Shown: positions 46,109-55,338, counted from the stretch's first letter. The stretch: DNA of 64,000 nucleotides from an uncultured Bacteroidales bacterium (GCA_903845055.1 CAIMWF010000154.1:9596-73595); one strand, 5' to 3'. The notes: a model not told the origin generated them from the sequence alone. Program-made: numbers and translations.

Positions 46109-46660
46109 TTAGTTTGCTTTATCAAGGGTAACGTCGACCGTGATATCGACGGTTTTGGAGATGTTATTGACCACAGCACCCGGGATGGATATTTTGTAAT
46201 CGGCAAGCGTAAGGGTGAATTTCGCCTTCCCGAGAACCTTGCCCTGCTTTACTTCAAAGGTTCCTTTTGTTTTTACGGGGTTTGTAACACCATGCATGGT
46301 GAGTTTCCCGTCGACCACGACATCATAGACGCCATCTTTCATGAGGTTGACATCCTTGATGTTGGTAACCTTGCCGATGAACACCGAGTTCGGGAATTTA
46401 TCCGATTCAACATAATTCTCATTGAAATGTTCCTGCATCAGTGCCTTTTCAAATTCGAAGGATTTCAGGAGAACCTTGAATACAAAATCGCCGGTGGCGC
46501 CATCAAGCACACTGTTTACCTGGCGGTTGCTCGCTTCAATTTTTTCGAGGGAGGCTGCCGAAAAAAGTTTGACATACCCTGTTTTGGTAATATACTTCTG
46601 TGCACCGGCTGAAAAACTCAGCGTGGCAACAAAGAGAAGAATCAAATAATTGGTTCGCAT
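46109..46660 (-). CDS. YceI family periplasmic protein
   Basis: Signal peptide and the YceI-like pattern ...FKVLLKSFEFEKALMQEHFNENY..S.KFP...F.G. Confidence 0.75.
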   Translation of the reverse strand: MRTNYLILLFVATLSFSAGAQKYITKTGYVKLFSAASLEKIEASNRQVNSVLDGATGDFVFKVLLKSFEFEKALMQEHFNENYVESDKFPNSVFIGKVTNIKDVNLMKDGVYDVVVDGKLTMHGVTNPVKTKGTFEVKQGKVLGKAKFTLTLADYKISIPGAVVNNISKTVDITVDVTLDKAN

Positions 46661-46677
46661 GATTATATGGGTTTTGG

Positions 46678-47115
46678 TTATTGGTTTACAATCGAACATT
46701 TTTCAAGGATCACATCCGTTTCATTGTAGCCTGTGCAATAACCCTTGATTCTGACCTCCCCGTCGGGCTGCAGTTTCCTGGCAGCATCGTTCAGCTTTTT
46801 AAGCATGGTGCAGCGGATTCCCTCATCGCCGAACATCCCCTGGTTGAAAACAAAAACTGCAGTCACCAATGTATCAACAGCTTCAATTTTTCCCAGTTTG
46901 CCGGTGATTGCGATCATCTTGCCGTTGTAAAGGTGCGAAGCCGCATCCTTGTTGTCCTTGAATGCACGGTACAGGTCCTGCGCATTGATGGTCACCGAAG
47001 GCGCCACGTTCTCATAGTCGGGATGCTGCTTGTTATAAACGAATTTATACACTAAAAAGCCAGCGATTAAACCGACCACAAACAATCCCAGCAATATTTT
47101 CATCCAGGTCTTCAT
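46678..47115 (-). CDS. Membrane-anchored OB-fold (tRNA_anti-like) protein
   Basis: N-terminal TM helix. A YNGK.I.ITG...I..... pattern as in PF12869-type proteins. Weak call. Confidence 0.5.
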   Translation of the reverse strand: MKTWMKILLGLFVVGLIAGFLVYKFVYNKQHPDYENVAPSVTINAQDLYRAFKDNKDAASHLYNGKMIAITGKLGKIEAVDTLVTAVFVFNQGMFGDEGIRCTMLKKLNDAARKLQPDGEVRIKGYCTGYNETDVILEKCSIVNQ

Positions 47116-47154
47116 AATTGATTTTTTTTGAAAATGCGGTCCTATTGATTCATT

Positions 47155-47189
47155 TTTGAGTTTTGAACTTTGACATTTTAATTTAATTG
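47155..47189. repeat. Heptamer array TTTGANN x3 (+2 degenerate units)
   Basis: tttgagt tttgaac tttgaca ttttaat ttaattg, running into the stop of the cytochrome gene. Confidence 0.7.
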
Positions 47190-47560
47190 TTCAGCGCCCC
47201 TGCGAGAATCCATTTGTTAATCTTCACCAGGTCGCAATTTGAAAGTTTTGGCTGGTTTTTGGGCATGAGTTCAAGACCGTTAAAACCGTTTACGGCGTTC
47301 CACAGCATCCCGCCCGGTGCTGCCATGCTGCTCAGGTCGGGATACGTATCTGTGATGATGCCTCCCGACGCAAGGGTCGTATTATGGCATACGTTACAGT
47401 TGGCCACCATGATCGGGGCAATCGAATGTGCATAAGTAACCACGGCTGTGTCGCAAACAGCGGTTGATTTGTACAATTCGTTTTCTTTGTCATAATAACA
47501 CCCCGACAGGATGAAACTCATCAAAAGCAGGATTGAAGCAAGACGGATCAGGTTTTTCAT
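47183..47560 (-). CDS. Small lipoprotein with a single c-type heme motif
   Basis: Lipobox ILSGC and CNVCH (CxxCH). Confidence 0.6.
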   Translation of the reverse strand: MKNLIRLASILLLMSFILSGCYYDKENELYKSTAVCDTAVVTYAHSIAPIMVANCNVCHNTTLASGGIITDTYPDLSSMAAPGGMLWNAVNGFNGLELMPKNQPKLSNCDLVKINKWILAGALNN

Positions 47561-47858
47561 ATGGCTGGTGGTTTGTTTTTATGGACTGGATTTTATCCCT
47601 GCAACGGATACCCTGCCCTGGCATTCTTTATGCAAAATAACCAATGGATCTGTTAAATTATTGTTCATCAGGGACAGAAATCGAAAAAAAATCATCATCA
47701 GGTCTAATAATGAGGGAAGTATTTGCAGGACAAGAAGGACATCGGCAGATAAATCATTTGAAAGTGCAAATTTAAAAATAATAAATAGCTTGTTGATTTT
47801 TCATAGATTTGTTTTCGGTAAAAGGGCTTATTTAAACTGGTTATAAAGAAAGGACCGG

Positions 47859-49076
47859 ATGGATCTGTTTTTGAATTTCATGGCCGGCAAGTTGCTTCAG
47901 GCGGACCCGGAACTGCTTGACATTGTCAGGAATGATCAGTCATACCAGGTTTTTGAGGGTAATTCGCCGCTGCTTACTCCCGGCGGAAGGGAGTTTATAC
48001 ATCCGTCGGAACGTGTTGCAAGGCTGATCATCACCGACCTGATGTACCGGAACGGAAACGCTGAGCCCGACCTATCTGCGCCGTGGTTATATGTGTACCA
48101 GAAGGACTTGTTTGAGCCCTCCGGCGATCCCTTTGCCGGAGCCTGGACCGGTCTGCTTGCGAACGATCCGTTTGTCATGCTTAAAACATCGGGCAGGAAT
48201 GATGTCAGGGCCTTCAGCCCCGAAGATCAGCTCTTTGGCTTCGCCTTTCTCACCCTGTCGGAACTGATCAGGAGAATCAATGTTTTCATCAATTCGCGGA
48301 TGGGGGAGATCCTTTCCGAAGATGCCGATCAGCATCCTTTCCCGCAGATCTTACGGATGTGTTACGACCAGTTTTCTAACGAACAGAAAGTTGCGGTCCA
48401 GGTTTTAAGCGACGTTCACCAGTCGCACCTTACTTTGCCTGTATTGCACGTTGCCGGCATCATCAGCCCCCTGGAGTATGCCAAGGGCCTGATTGCGCTG
48501 AAAATAGGTGCTGAAGAAAGCCTGCCTGGCGTTTTGCCCGGACTGGTGAGGGTGAAGGACTATCTTGAGTGCCTCGACCAGGTTGCGGATGAAGGGAGCC
48601 AGGCGGCCGCCCTTATCCGTGAGGGTGAAAATGACCTCATCGAATTCAAGTCAACCCTGCGGTGGGATATCCGGGCCGGGAAGACCAACCAGGCGGTGGA
48701 ACGGGCCTCGCTGAAAACCATTGCGGCATTCCTGAATTCCGCGGGGGGTACGCTGCTGATCGGCGTGGCGGATGACGGCAGCATCGAAGGAATTGAACGT
48801 GATAAGTTTGTCAACGAGGATAAGTTCCTGCTCCATTTGTGGACGCTGATACGCGCCTGCCTGGGCCGGGATGTGAGCCCCTGCATCCGGACGACACTGG
48901 AGAAAACAGATGAAAAGACCATTTGCCTGGTGAGATGCCGGAGAAGCAACAGGCCGGTTTTCCTAAGGCAGCCAGGGTTCGACGAAGATTTTTATATCAG
49001 GATAGGCCCCTCCAGCAATGCGATGGACATCAGTGAAGCATTAAAATACATCGCCGACCATTTCCCCGGCCGGTGA
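47859..49076 (+). CDS. Protein with unknown ~255-aa N-terminal domain fused to a C-terminal AlbA_2 (Schlafen-like) DNA-binding domain
   Basis: C-terminal ENDLIEFKSTLRWD...IAAFLNSAGGTLLIGVADDGSIEG matches the AlbA_2 core. I did not recognise the N-terminal part. Confidence 0.65.
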   Translation: MDLFLNFMAGKLLQADPELLDIVRNDQSYQVFEGNSPLLTPGGREFIHPSERVARLIITDLMYRNGNAEPDLSAPWLYVYQKDLFEPSGDPFAGAWTGLLANDPFVMLKTSGRNDVRAFSPEDQLFGFAFLTLSELIRRINVFINSRMGEILSEDADQHPFPQILRMCYDQFSNEQKVAVQVLSDVHQSHLTLPVLHVAGIISPLEYAKGLIALKIGAEESLPGVLPGLVRVKDYLECLDQVADEGSQAAALIREGENDLIEFKSTLRWDIRAGKTNQAVERASLKTIAAFLNSAGGTLLIGVADDGSIEGIERDKFVNEDKFLLHLWTLIRACLGRDVSPCIRTTLEKTDEKTICLVRCRRSNRPVFLRQPGFDEDFYIRIGPSSNAMDISEALKYIADHFPGR

Positions 49077-49077
49077 T

Positions 49078-49713
49078 CTACCAGCCCATGTGGTTTGATC
49101 CAGGGCCGGGAATATATCCTCCCTGCCCGAAAGGGTCGCTGTTGTATGTGCCATAATGATAGGGGCTGATTCCCTGGGAATACCGGAAACCGGCCTGGAT
49201 GTGCACATGTTCCCCAACCTTGTAATCAACATTGAAATTCACGCCCTGTGCCCCGTTCTTTGATATGGGGTTGAAGGGGTTGTAGGAGAGGGGATCCCGG
49301 GTGACCGGGAAAAGCTTGAAGGCCGACCCCGAAAGGGTGAGACGGTCACTGACAAGATATTGCCCGCTGATGAAGATGCCCCCGGTCGTAAAGCTTCCGT
49401 TGCTCGGAGCCGGTGATTCACCCGCGAACCACGGCTTTGCATTGAAATAGTTTGTGGTGGTCATGCTGATCCCGCCCCCGATCCTGAAACGCTTGTTTAC
49501 ATTGTAGTAAAAATGGGGAGCGACGCTGGTGTTCAGGGCCGATCCGAAGCCCGACACGGACGAGAATTCCGAACCAAGGTTCAGCCCGTAATCAACCTTC
49601 CCCTTCTGGAAAAAATGCAGTCCCTGCTCCCTGGCCGTATCGTTCATGACTATTTGTGAGAACAGGTTGCCTGCCATCAGGAGGGGAATTGCAAGTATGA
49701 TAATTCGTTTCAT
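49078..49713 (-). CDS. Small outer-membrane beta-barrel protein
   Basis: Signal peptide MKRIIILAIPLLMAGNLFSQ. Gly/aromatic-rich alternating pattern with a C-terminal aromatic residue. Confidence 0.5.
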   Translation of the reverse strand: MKRIIILAIPLLMAGNLFSQIVMNDTAREQGLHFFQKGKVDYGLNLGSEFSSVSGFGSALNTSVAPHFYYNVNKRFRIGGGISMTTTNYFNAKPWFAGESPAPSNGSFTTGGIFISGQYLVSDRLTLSGSAFKLFPVTRDPLSYNPFNPISKNGAQGVNFNVDYKVGEHVHIQAGFRYSQGISPYHYGTYNSDPFGQGGYIPGPGSNHMGW

Positions 49714-49722
49714 TTCCGGTGG

Positions 49723-50376
49723 TTATTTGACATTCTGTACCATGTATGCCGGGTGCAGGGTGAAGAACGTGTGATTTTCAGTGAAATGCATTTCCAGTAT
49801 CTTCAACAGTAAAAACTTAACGAGGATACTTTCCGCTTTATTGCGGGAAATGCCTGCATGCCGCATGAATTTTGACAGGGTGATCGTTTCATTTTTTTCA
49901 AGTTCCTCCAGCAAAAACCGTTCCACATCGGTAAACTTTAGATAGACCCCTTTCGGGGCGTTCTCATTTTTCCAGACCCTCATCAGGATCCTGTTCACCA
50001 CAAAATTCTGGTCCTTCACCCGGTGGTATGCCAGCCAGGTTCCGTCGCTCTGACTCGCGTAATGCGGACGCTGGCTGCTTTTCGGGATGATGATCTCGAG
50101 GATGGTCTTCTTGTTAAGATTCCATTCCTTAACCGAAAACCCGACAGGGGGGCGGCAGCACAATTTGGCGGCTCCCTCCACCATGTAATATTCTTCTTCA
50201 TATCTTACTCCAGCCAGTACACCATTGTCCTTGACCCCGATCAGCAACCGGCCTCCGTCGGTATTGGCAAAGGCAACCAGGGTCCTGGCGATCTTGTGGG
50301 TATCGGCGATCTCAAATTTGAAATCCAGCCGCTGGTGTTCCCCCTCCTCGATCAGCTTTGTAATATGGTGAAGCAT
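49723..50376 (-). CDS. AlbA_2 domain protein with C-terminal wHTH-like region (putative regulator)
   Basis: EGEHQRLDFKFEI...LVAFANTDGGRLLIGVKDNGVLAG is the AlbA_2 core. The start overlaps the pyrI stop by 1 nt (TAATG). Confidence 0.7.
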   Translation of the reverse strand: MLHHITKLIEEGEHQRLDFKFEIADTHKIARTLVAFANTDGGRLLIGVKDNGVLAGVRYEEEYYMVEGAAKLCCRPPVGFSVKEWNLNKKTILEIIIPKSSQRPHYASQSDGTWLAYHRVKDQNFVVNRILMRVWKNENAPKGVYLKFTDVERFLLEELEKNETITLSKFMRHAGISRNKAESILVKFLLLKILEMHFTENHTFFTLHPAYMVQNVK

Positions 50377-50843
50377 TACCTGAACGCGATGTTGTTGCGC
50401 GCGGTTATTTTTTCACAGTAATGACAACGTAATTTCAGCTCCTTCTTGTCAATAACGGTAAATTTGGTGACGATCTCCTCGTTATTGGTGATGCAGTTGG
50501 GATTAAAGCATTTGACAATGTTTTCGGCATAATCGGGCACCTCCACGTTTTTCTTTTCAACCACCTCGAAATTCCGGATGATGATCAGGGTGGCTGAAGG
50601 GGCAACCAGGGCTATCTTATTGATTTCGTCGCTTTTGAAGAATTTATTGCTGACCTTCACAATGCCTTTCTTGCCCATCTTCCTGCTGTCGAGGTTGTTG
50701 CCGATCAGCACCTGGTCCTGGTATTCGCTCAGGTTTAATATTTTAATGACCTGGAATACATTTTTGGAGGGGATATGGTCGATGACCGTACCATTTTCGA
50801 TGGCCGATACCTTGAGTTCTTTTCTGATATCTTCTCTTTCCAT
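50376..50843 (-). CDS. pyrI: Aspartate carbamoyltransferase regulatory subunit
   Basis: IENGTVIDHI and the C-terminal Zn motif CFNPNC...CHYCE. Confidence 0.9.
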   Translation of the reverse strand: MEREDIRKELKVSAIENGTVIDHIPSKNVFQVIKILNLSEYQDQVLIGNNLDSRKMGKKGIVKVSNKFFKSDEINKIALVAPSATLIIIRNFEVVEKKNVEVPDYAENIVKCFNPNCITNNEEIVTKFTVIDKKELKLRCHYCEKITARNNIAFR

Positions 50844-50861
50844 TTTTATTTAAATTATCGG

Positions 50862-51773
50862 TTAATCAACAACACCAAGGATTGATGCAAGCAGCGCCTG
50901 TCTCACAAATACCCCGTTGAGCGCCTGGGTGAAGTAGTAGGCTTTCGGATTACCGTCAACATCCGTGGTAATCTCATTGACACGGGGCAGTGGATGTAGG
51001 ATCTTCAGGTTGGGTTTTGCAGCATCAAGCATCTGGTTGTTTAAAATGTATGCATTTTTTACCTTCTCATAATCCAGCGGATCGGAAAAGCGTTCCTTCT
51101 GGATGCGGGTCATGTAAAGGATATCGACTTTTGGGATCACCTCGAGCAGGTCGGTCGACTGGTGGTATACAAGATTGCGCTGCTTGATGTCGATTTTGAC
51201 CGCACTCGGAAGCTTCAGTTCGAGGGGTGAAACAAAGTGGAAGGTGGTGTTGTAGTGACAAAGGGCCTGTACAAGCGAATGGACGGTTCGGCCGTATTTC
51301 AGGTCACCGACGAATGCAATGTTCAGGTTATCAAGCGATCCCTGTGTTTTCCTGATCGAATACATGTCAAGCAGCGTTTGGGTGGGATGCTGGTTGGCAC
51401 CATCGCCTGCGTTGATGACCGGCACTTTTGCAACTTCGCTTGCGAACCGTGCACTGCCTTCGCGGGGATGGCGCATCACGATGATATCGCAGTAATTGCT
51501 GACAGTGAGGATGGTATCGCGCAGGGATTCGCCTTTCTGCACGCTGGAGCTGGACGAATCGGTAAAGCCGATCACTTTGGCTCCGAGTCGGGTGGCAGCG
51601 CTTTCAAAACTGAGACGTGTCCGGGTTGAAGGCTCAAAAAACAGGGTGGCCACCACGTAATCCTGGAGGATCCGCTGCCTGGGGTTATTTTCAAATGCCC
51701 CCGCCAGTTCCAGGATGCGGATATGTTCGGCCCGTGTAAAATCATTTATGGAAATTAAGCTTCTGTTTTTCAT
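50862..51773 (-). CDS. pyrB: Aspartate carbamoyltransferase catalytic subunit
   Basis: FFEPSTRTRLSFE, HPTQ, RIQKERF. I trimmed the start to the ATG at 51773. Confidence 0.95.
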   Translation of the reverse strand: MKNRSLISINDFTRAEHIRILELAGAFENNPRQRILQDYVVATLFFEPSTRTRLSFESAATRLGAKVIGFTDSSSSSVQKGESLRDTILTVSNYCDIIVMRHPREGSARFASEVAKVPVINAGDGANQHPTQTLLDMYSIRKTQGSLDNLNIAFVGDLKYGRTVHSLVQALCHYNTTFHFVSPLELKLPSAVKIDIKQRNLVYHQSTDLLEVIPKVDILYMTRIQKERFSDPLDYEKVKNAYILNNQMLDAAKPNLKILHPLPRVNEITTDVDGNPKAYYFTQALNGVFVRQALLASILGVVD

Positions 51774-51850
51774 TATGTTGATGTTAACGGTTGATAATCC
51801 TATGATCAAAGATAAAAAAAATCCCGGTGACGAAACCGGGATTTTGATAA

Positions 51851-53188
51851 TTATTTAATCTTGTGTTTTTTCAGAAAACCTTTGAGGATGTCGTCCAGGT
51901 CGGGCTTCCCGATTTCCTGCAGGTCATAATAAACGCGGGTGTTCGGTTTGTTGATCTTCACGAGGCGGTTGAGATCGATCGGGGTGGCGATCACCACGGA
52001 ATCGCATTTCACCTTGTTGATGGTGGCCTCGAGGTCCTTCACCTGCTGGTCGCCGTATCCCATGGCAGGGAGCAGTTGACCGATATTCGGGTAGATGCGG
52101 AACGTTTCGGCAAGTTTACCGACAACATAGGGGCGGGGATCAACCAGTTCGGCGGCGCCGTACTTCTGGGCTGCCACAACGCCGGCACCGATCTTCATCT
52201 CACCATGGGTAAGGGTGGGGCCGTCTTCGATCACAAGAACCCTTTTGCCGCGGATGAGTGATTCATCATCTACGCGGATGGGGGATGCACCGTCGACAAC
52301 AATTGCTTTCGGATTGATTTTCTGGATATTATCACGCACGGTCTTGATGTTTTCAGGACTGGCTGAGTCAATTTTGTTGAGAACGACCACATCGGCGATG
52401 CGGATGTTCACTTCACCAGGATAGTAACTGCATTCGGCACCCGGGCGATGGGGGTCAGCAACGGTGACCATCAGGTCGGGCTTGTAAAAGGGGAAGTCAT
52501 TGTTTCCGCCGTCCCAGAGGATGATATCACAACCATCGGGATCGTTTTCGGCAGCGCGGAGGATGGCCTCGTAATCAACCCCTGCGTAAATAACATTGCC
52601 GCGGTCGACGTGGGGTTCATACTCTTCCATCTCTTCGATGGTGCATTTGTGCTTGGCAAGGTCCTTGACGGTGGCGAAACGCTGTACCTTCTGGGCAACG
52701 AGGTCGCCGTAAGGCATCGGGTGACGGACTGCAACAACCTTAAGGCCTTTTGCCATCAGGATCTCGATGATCCGGCGTGAAGTCTGGCTCTTGCCGCAAC
52801 CTGTGCGGGTGGCACCAACGGCAATCACCGGCTTGGTGCTTTTGATCATGGTGTCCTTCGGACCGATCAGCAGGAAGTTGGAGCCGGCTGCGTTGACGAT
52901 TGAACTGATGTTCATTACGCGCTGATAGGGGACATCGCTGTATGCGAAATTGCAGATCTCCACGTTGAATTTCTTGATCAGACCGACCAGTTCCGATTCG
53001 GCAAAGATGGGAATGCCCTTGGGATAGAGTTTACCGGCCAGTGCGGCGGGATATTTGCGTCCATCTATGTCCGGAATTTGCGCGGCTGTAAAAGCCACCA
53101 CGTTAAAATCGGCGTTGTCGCGATAATACGTGTTGAAATTGTGAAAATCTCTTCCGGCAGCACCAATAATGATTACATTTTTTTTCAT
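51851..53188 (-). CDS. COG2403-type predicted GTPase (cyclic 2,3-diphosphoglycerate synthetase-like)
   Basis: IIIGAAGRDFHNFNTYYRDN..FNVVAFTAAQIP and RTGCGKSQTS P-loop-like pattern. Recognised from memory of this family. Confidence 0.65.
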   Translation of the reverse strand: MKKNVIIIGAAGRDFHNFNTYYRDNADFNVVAFTAAQIPDIDGRKYPAALAGKLYPKGIPIFAESELVGLIKKFNVEICNFAYSDVPYQRVMNISSIVNAAGSNFLLIGPKDTMIKSTKPVIAVGATRTGCGKSQTSRRIIEILMAKGLKVVAVRHPMPYGDLVAQKVQRFATVKDLAKHKCTIEEMEEYEPHVDRGNVIYAGVDYEAILRAAENDPDGCDIILWDGGNNDFPFYKPDLMVTVADPHRPGAECSYYPGEVNIRIADVVVLNKIDSASPENIKTVRDNIQKINPKAIVVDGASPIRVDDESLIRGKRVLVIEDGPTLTHGEMKIGAGVVAAQKYGAAELVDPRPYVVGKLAETFRIYPNIGQLLPAMGYGDQQVKDLEATINKVKCDSVVIATPIDLNRLVKINKPNTRVYYDLQEIGKPDLDDILKGFLKKHKIK

Positions 53189-53363
53189 GCTAACCTCGCT
53201 TTTTGTGAATAAGAATTATAGTTTGTGATAAGAAAATTTCAGGAGATTGTTTTGCAAACTTATTCATTTTTGGGGAAATAGCAAAATGGCGGATGAATAT
53301 TTTTATCCTTTGATATCAACAATTTTACACCTTATCCACACATCTGCAAAGGAGTATCTTTCT

Positions 53364-53503
53364 CCCCTTCTCCTCAAAGGAGAAGGGGTAAGGGAGATGA
53401 GGTCATTACCCCCACCAGGGGCCAGGTGGATGAGGTCATTTCCCTCGCCAGGGGTCAGGGGTATGAGTTCGTTTCCCAATTTCAGGGGCCGGGGGGATGG
53501 GGC
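53364..53503. repeat. REP-like element copy B: hairpin plus 33-34-bp tandem array (about 3.6 units)
   Basis: ccccttctcct-caa-aggagaagggg hairpin. Units then start at 53385, 53418, 53451 and 53485, each GGGGYNAGGNGNATGAGKTC.... Confidence 0.85.
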
Positions 53504-53513
53504 AAAAAAATCT

Positions 53514-53521
53514 TAAATTTG
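53514..53521 (+). promoter_or_regulatory. -7 box TAAATTTG upstream of argS
   Basis: TAnnTTTG 22 nt upstream of the ATG at 53543. Confidence 0.5.
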
Positions 53522-53542
53522 CAGCCAGATAACAAACAGCAG

Positions 53543-55333
53543 ATGATCGGGAAAAAATTGCTAGAACAGACCTGTGAAGCGGTTAAACAACTTTACGGCC
53601 AGGAAATCAAACCAGGTACGATAGGGCTGGAAATAACAAAAAAGGAGATTGCAGGCGATTTTACAATCGTGGTATTTCCACTTTTAAAGATCTCGCACAA
53701 ATCTCCTGAAGCTACAGCAAACGATATCGGGAATTTTCTGAAAGCCAGCATCCCGGAGATCAGTGAATTCAATGTGATCAAGGGTTTTCTCAACATCGTT
53801 CTTTACGACGGTTTCTGGCTTGACTTCTTGCAGGAGAACTGCCTGCGCAGCGACTTCGGGATACTGGAACCACGGAAAGAGGCACCCATTGTGCTCGAAT
53901 ATTCCTCACCCAACACCAACAAGCCGCTCCACCTGGGCCATATACGCAACAACCTGCTGGGATTTTCACTGTCTGAGATACTAAAGGCCAATGGTCACAA
54001 TGTGGTGAAGGTAAACCTGGTGAACGACCGGGGGATCCATATCTGCAAGTCGATGCTGGCCTACATGAAATGGGGCAACGGCGAAACACCCGTTTCGTCG
54101 GGGATCAAAGGCGATCACCTCATTGGCAGGTATTATGTGTTGTTTGACAGTGAATACAAAACCGAAATAAAGCAGCTTGTGGACCAGGGCCTTACGGAGG
54201 AACTCGCCGCAAAACAGGCCCCGCTCATCCTTGAGGCGCAGGAGGTTCTCAGGAAATGGGAGGCGCGCGACCCGGAGATATACCAGTTATGGGAAACCAT
54301 GAACAACTGGGCCTATGAAGGCTTCGACCTCACCTACCGGCGGCTTGGCGTTGATTTTAATAAGATCTATTATGAAAGCGGGACCTACCTCCTTGGGAAA
54401 GAACTGGTCATGGAGGGGCTTGCCTCCGGGGCGCTGCTTAAAAAGGAGGATGGCAGCATCTGGGCCGACCTGAGGGACGAGGGACTGGATGAAAAATTAC
54501 TTTTACGGGCCGACGGCACTTCGGTTTACATGACCCAGGACCTGGGAACGGCGCAGTTGCGTTATGATGAATTCAGGCCATCCGACATGATCTATGTGGT
54601 TGGCAATGAGCAGAATTACCATTTCGATGTACTTAAAAAAGTCCTGGGAAAGCTCGGAAAGGAATTTGCCGGCCATATTTCACATCTTTCTTACGGGATG
54701 GTCGAACTGCCCATGGGCAAAATGAAATCGCGCGAGGGAACGGTGGTCGATGCAGACGACCTGATGGATGAAATGTACCTGACCGCCGAAACCACCACGC
54801 GCGAACTCGGCAAAGCCAACGAGCTCTCCGGTGACGAGGCTTTCGCCCTGTTCAATACAATCGGCCTGGGCGCCCTGAAGTATTTTATCCTGAAGGTCGA
54901 CCCGAAGAAAAACATGTTGTTCGACCCGAAGGAGTCCATTGATTTCAATGGGAATACAGGCCCGTTTATTCAATATACCTATGCGCGGATCCGGTCCCTG
55001 CTCTCCAGGGCGCAAGCCGCGGGATTCGCGCCGGGCGGAACGGACATCCCCCCCGGTACTTCGCTTGAACCGCTTGAAAAGGAGACGATCAGGCGGTTGT
55101 TCCTTTTCAGCGGTGCCGTGATCCAGGCCGGCAGTGAGATGAACCCTGCGGTTATCGCCAATTACGTGTATGACCTTGCCAAAGGATACAACCAGTTCTA
55201 CCAGGAACTGCCCGTACTGAAGGAAGATAATCCGGCAAAACTGATGATCCGCCTGACCATTACGGAATTCGTGGGCAGGACCATTCAAACCGCCATGACC
55301 CTGCTGGGAATTGGCGTCCCGGCGCGGATGTAA
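53543..55333 (+). CDS. argS: Arginine--tRNA ligase
   Basis: SSPNTNKPLHLGHIRN (HIGH) and the typical ArgS C-terminal anticodon-binding domain. I trimmed the start to 53543 because the upstream ORF part is repeat-encoded. Confidence 0.95.
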   Translation: MIGKKLLEQTCEAVKQLYGQEIKPGTIGLEITKKEIAGDFTIVVFPLLKISHKSPEATANDIGNFLKASIPEISEFNVIKGFLNIVLYDGFWLDFLQENCLRSDFGILEPRKEAPIVLEYSSPNTNKPLHLGHIRNNLLGFSLSEILKANGHNVVKVNLVNDRGIHICKSMLAYMKWGNGETPVSSGIKGDHLIGRYYVLFDSEYKTEIKQLVDQGLTEELAAKQAPLILEAQEVLRKWEARDPEIYQLWETMNNWAYEGFDLTYRRLGVDFNKIYYESGTYLLGKELVMEGLASGALLKKEDGSIWADLRDEGLDEKLLLRADGTSVYMTQDLGTAQLRYDEFRPSDMIYVVGNEQNYHFDVLKKVLGKLGKEFAGHISHLSYGMVELPMGKMKSREGTVVDADDLMDEMYLTAETTTRELGKANELSGDEAFALFNTIGLGALKYFILKVDPKKNMLFDPKESIDFNGNTGPFIQYTYARIRSLLSRAQAAGFAPGGTDIPPGTSLEPLEKETIRRLFLFSGAVIQAGSEMNPAVIANYVYDLAKGYNQFYQELPVLKEDNPAKLMIRLTITEFVGRTIQTAMTLLGIGVPARM

Positions 55334-55338
55334 TTGTT

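Noticed and set aside
47511-47846. 111-aa ORF spanning the 300-bp gap upstream of the AlbA_2 fusion gene
   Set aside because: It begins antisense inside the cytochrome gene. It is basic and low-complexity with no motif, and is likely spurious. The gap itself remains unexplained.
53247-53516. 89-aa ORF, plus the N-terminal extensions of ORFs 53426-55333 and 19537-22515
   Set aside because: The peptides (...LLLKGEGVREMRS..., ...LLLEGEGGKV...) are translations of the REP-like hairpin/33-bp repeats. The real argS and peptidase starts lie downstream, at 53543 and 22362.
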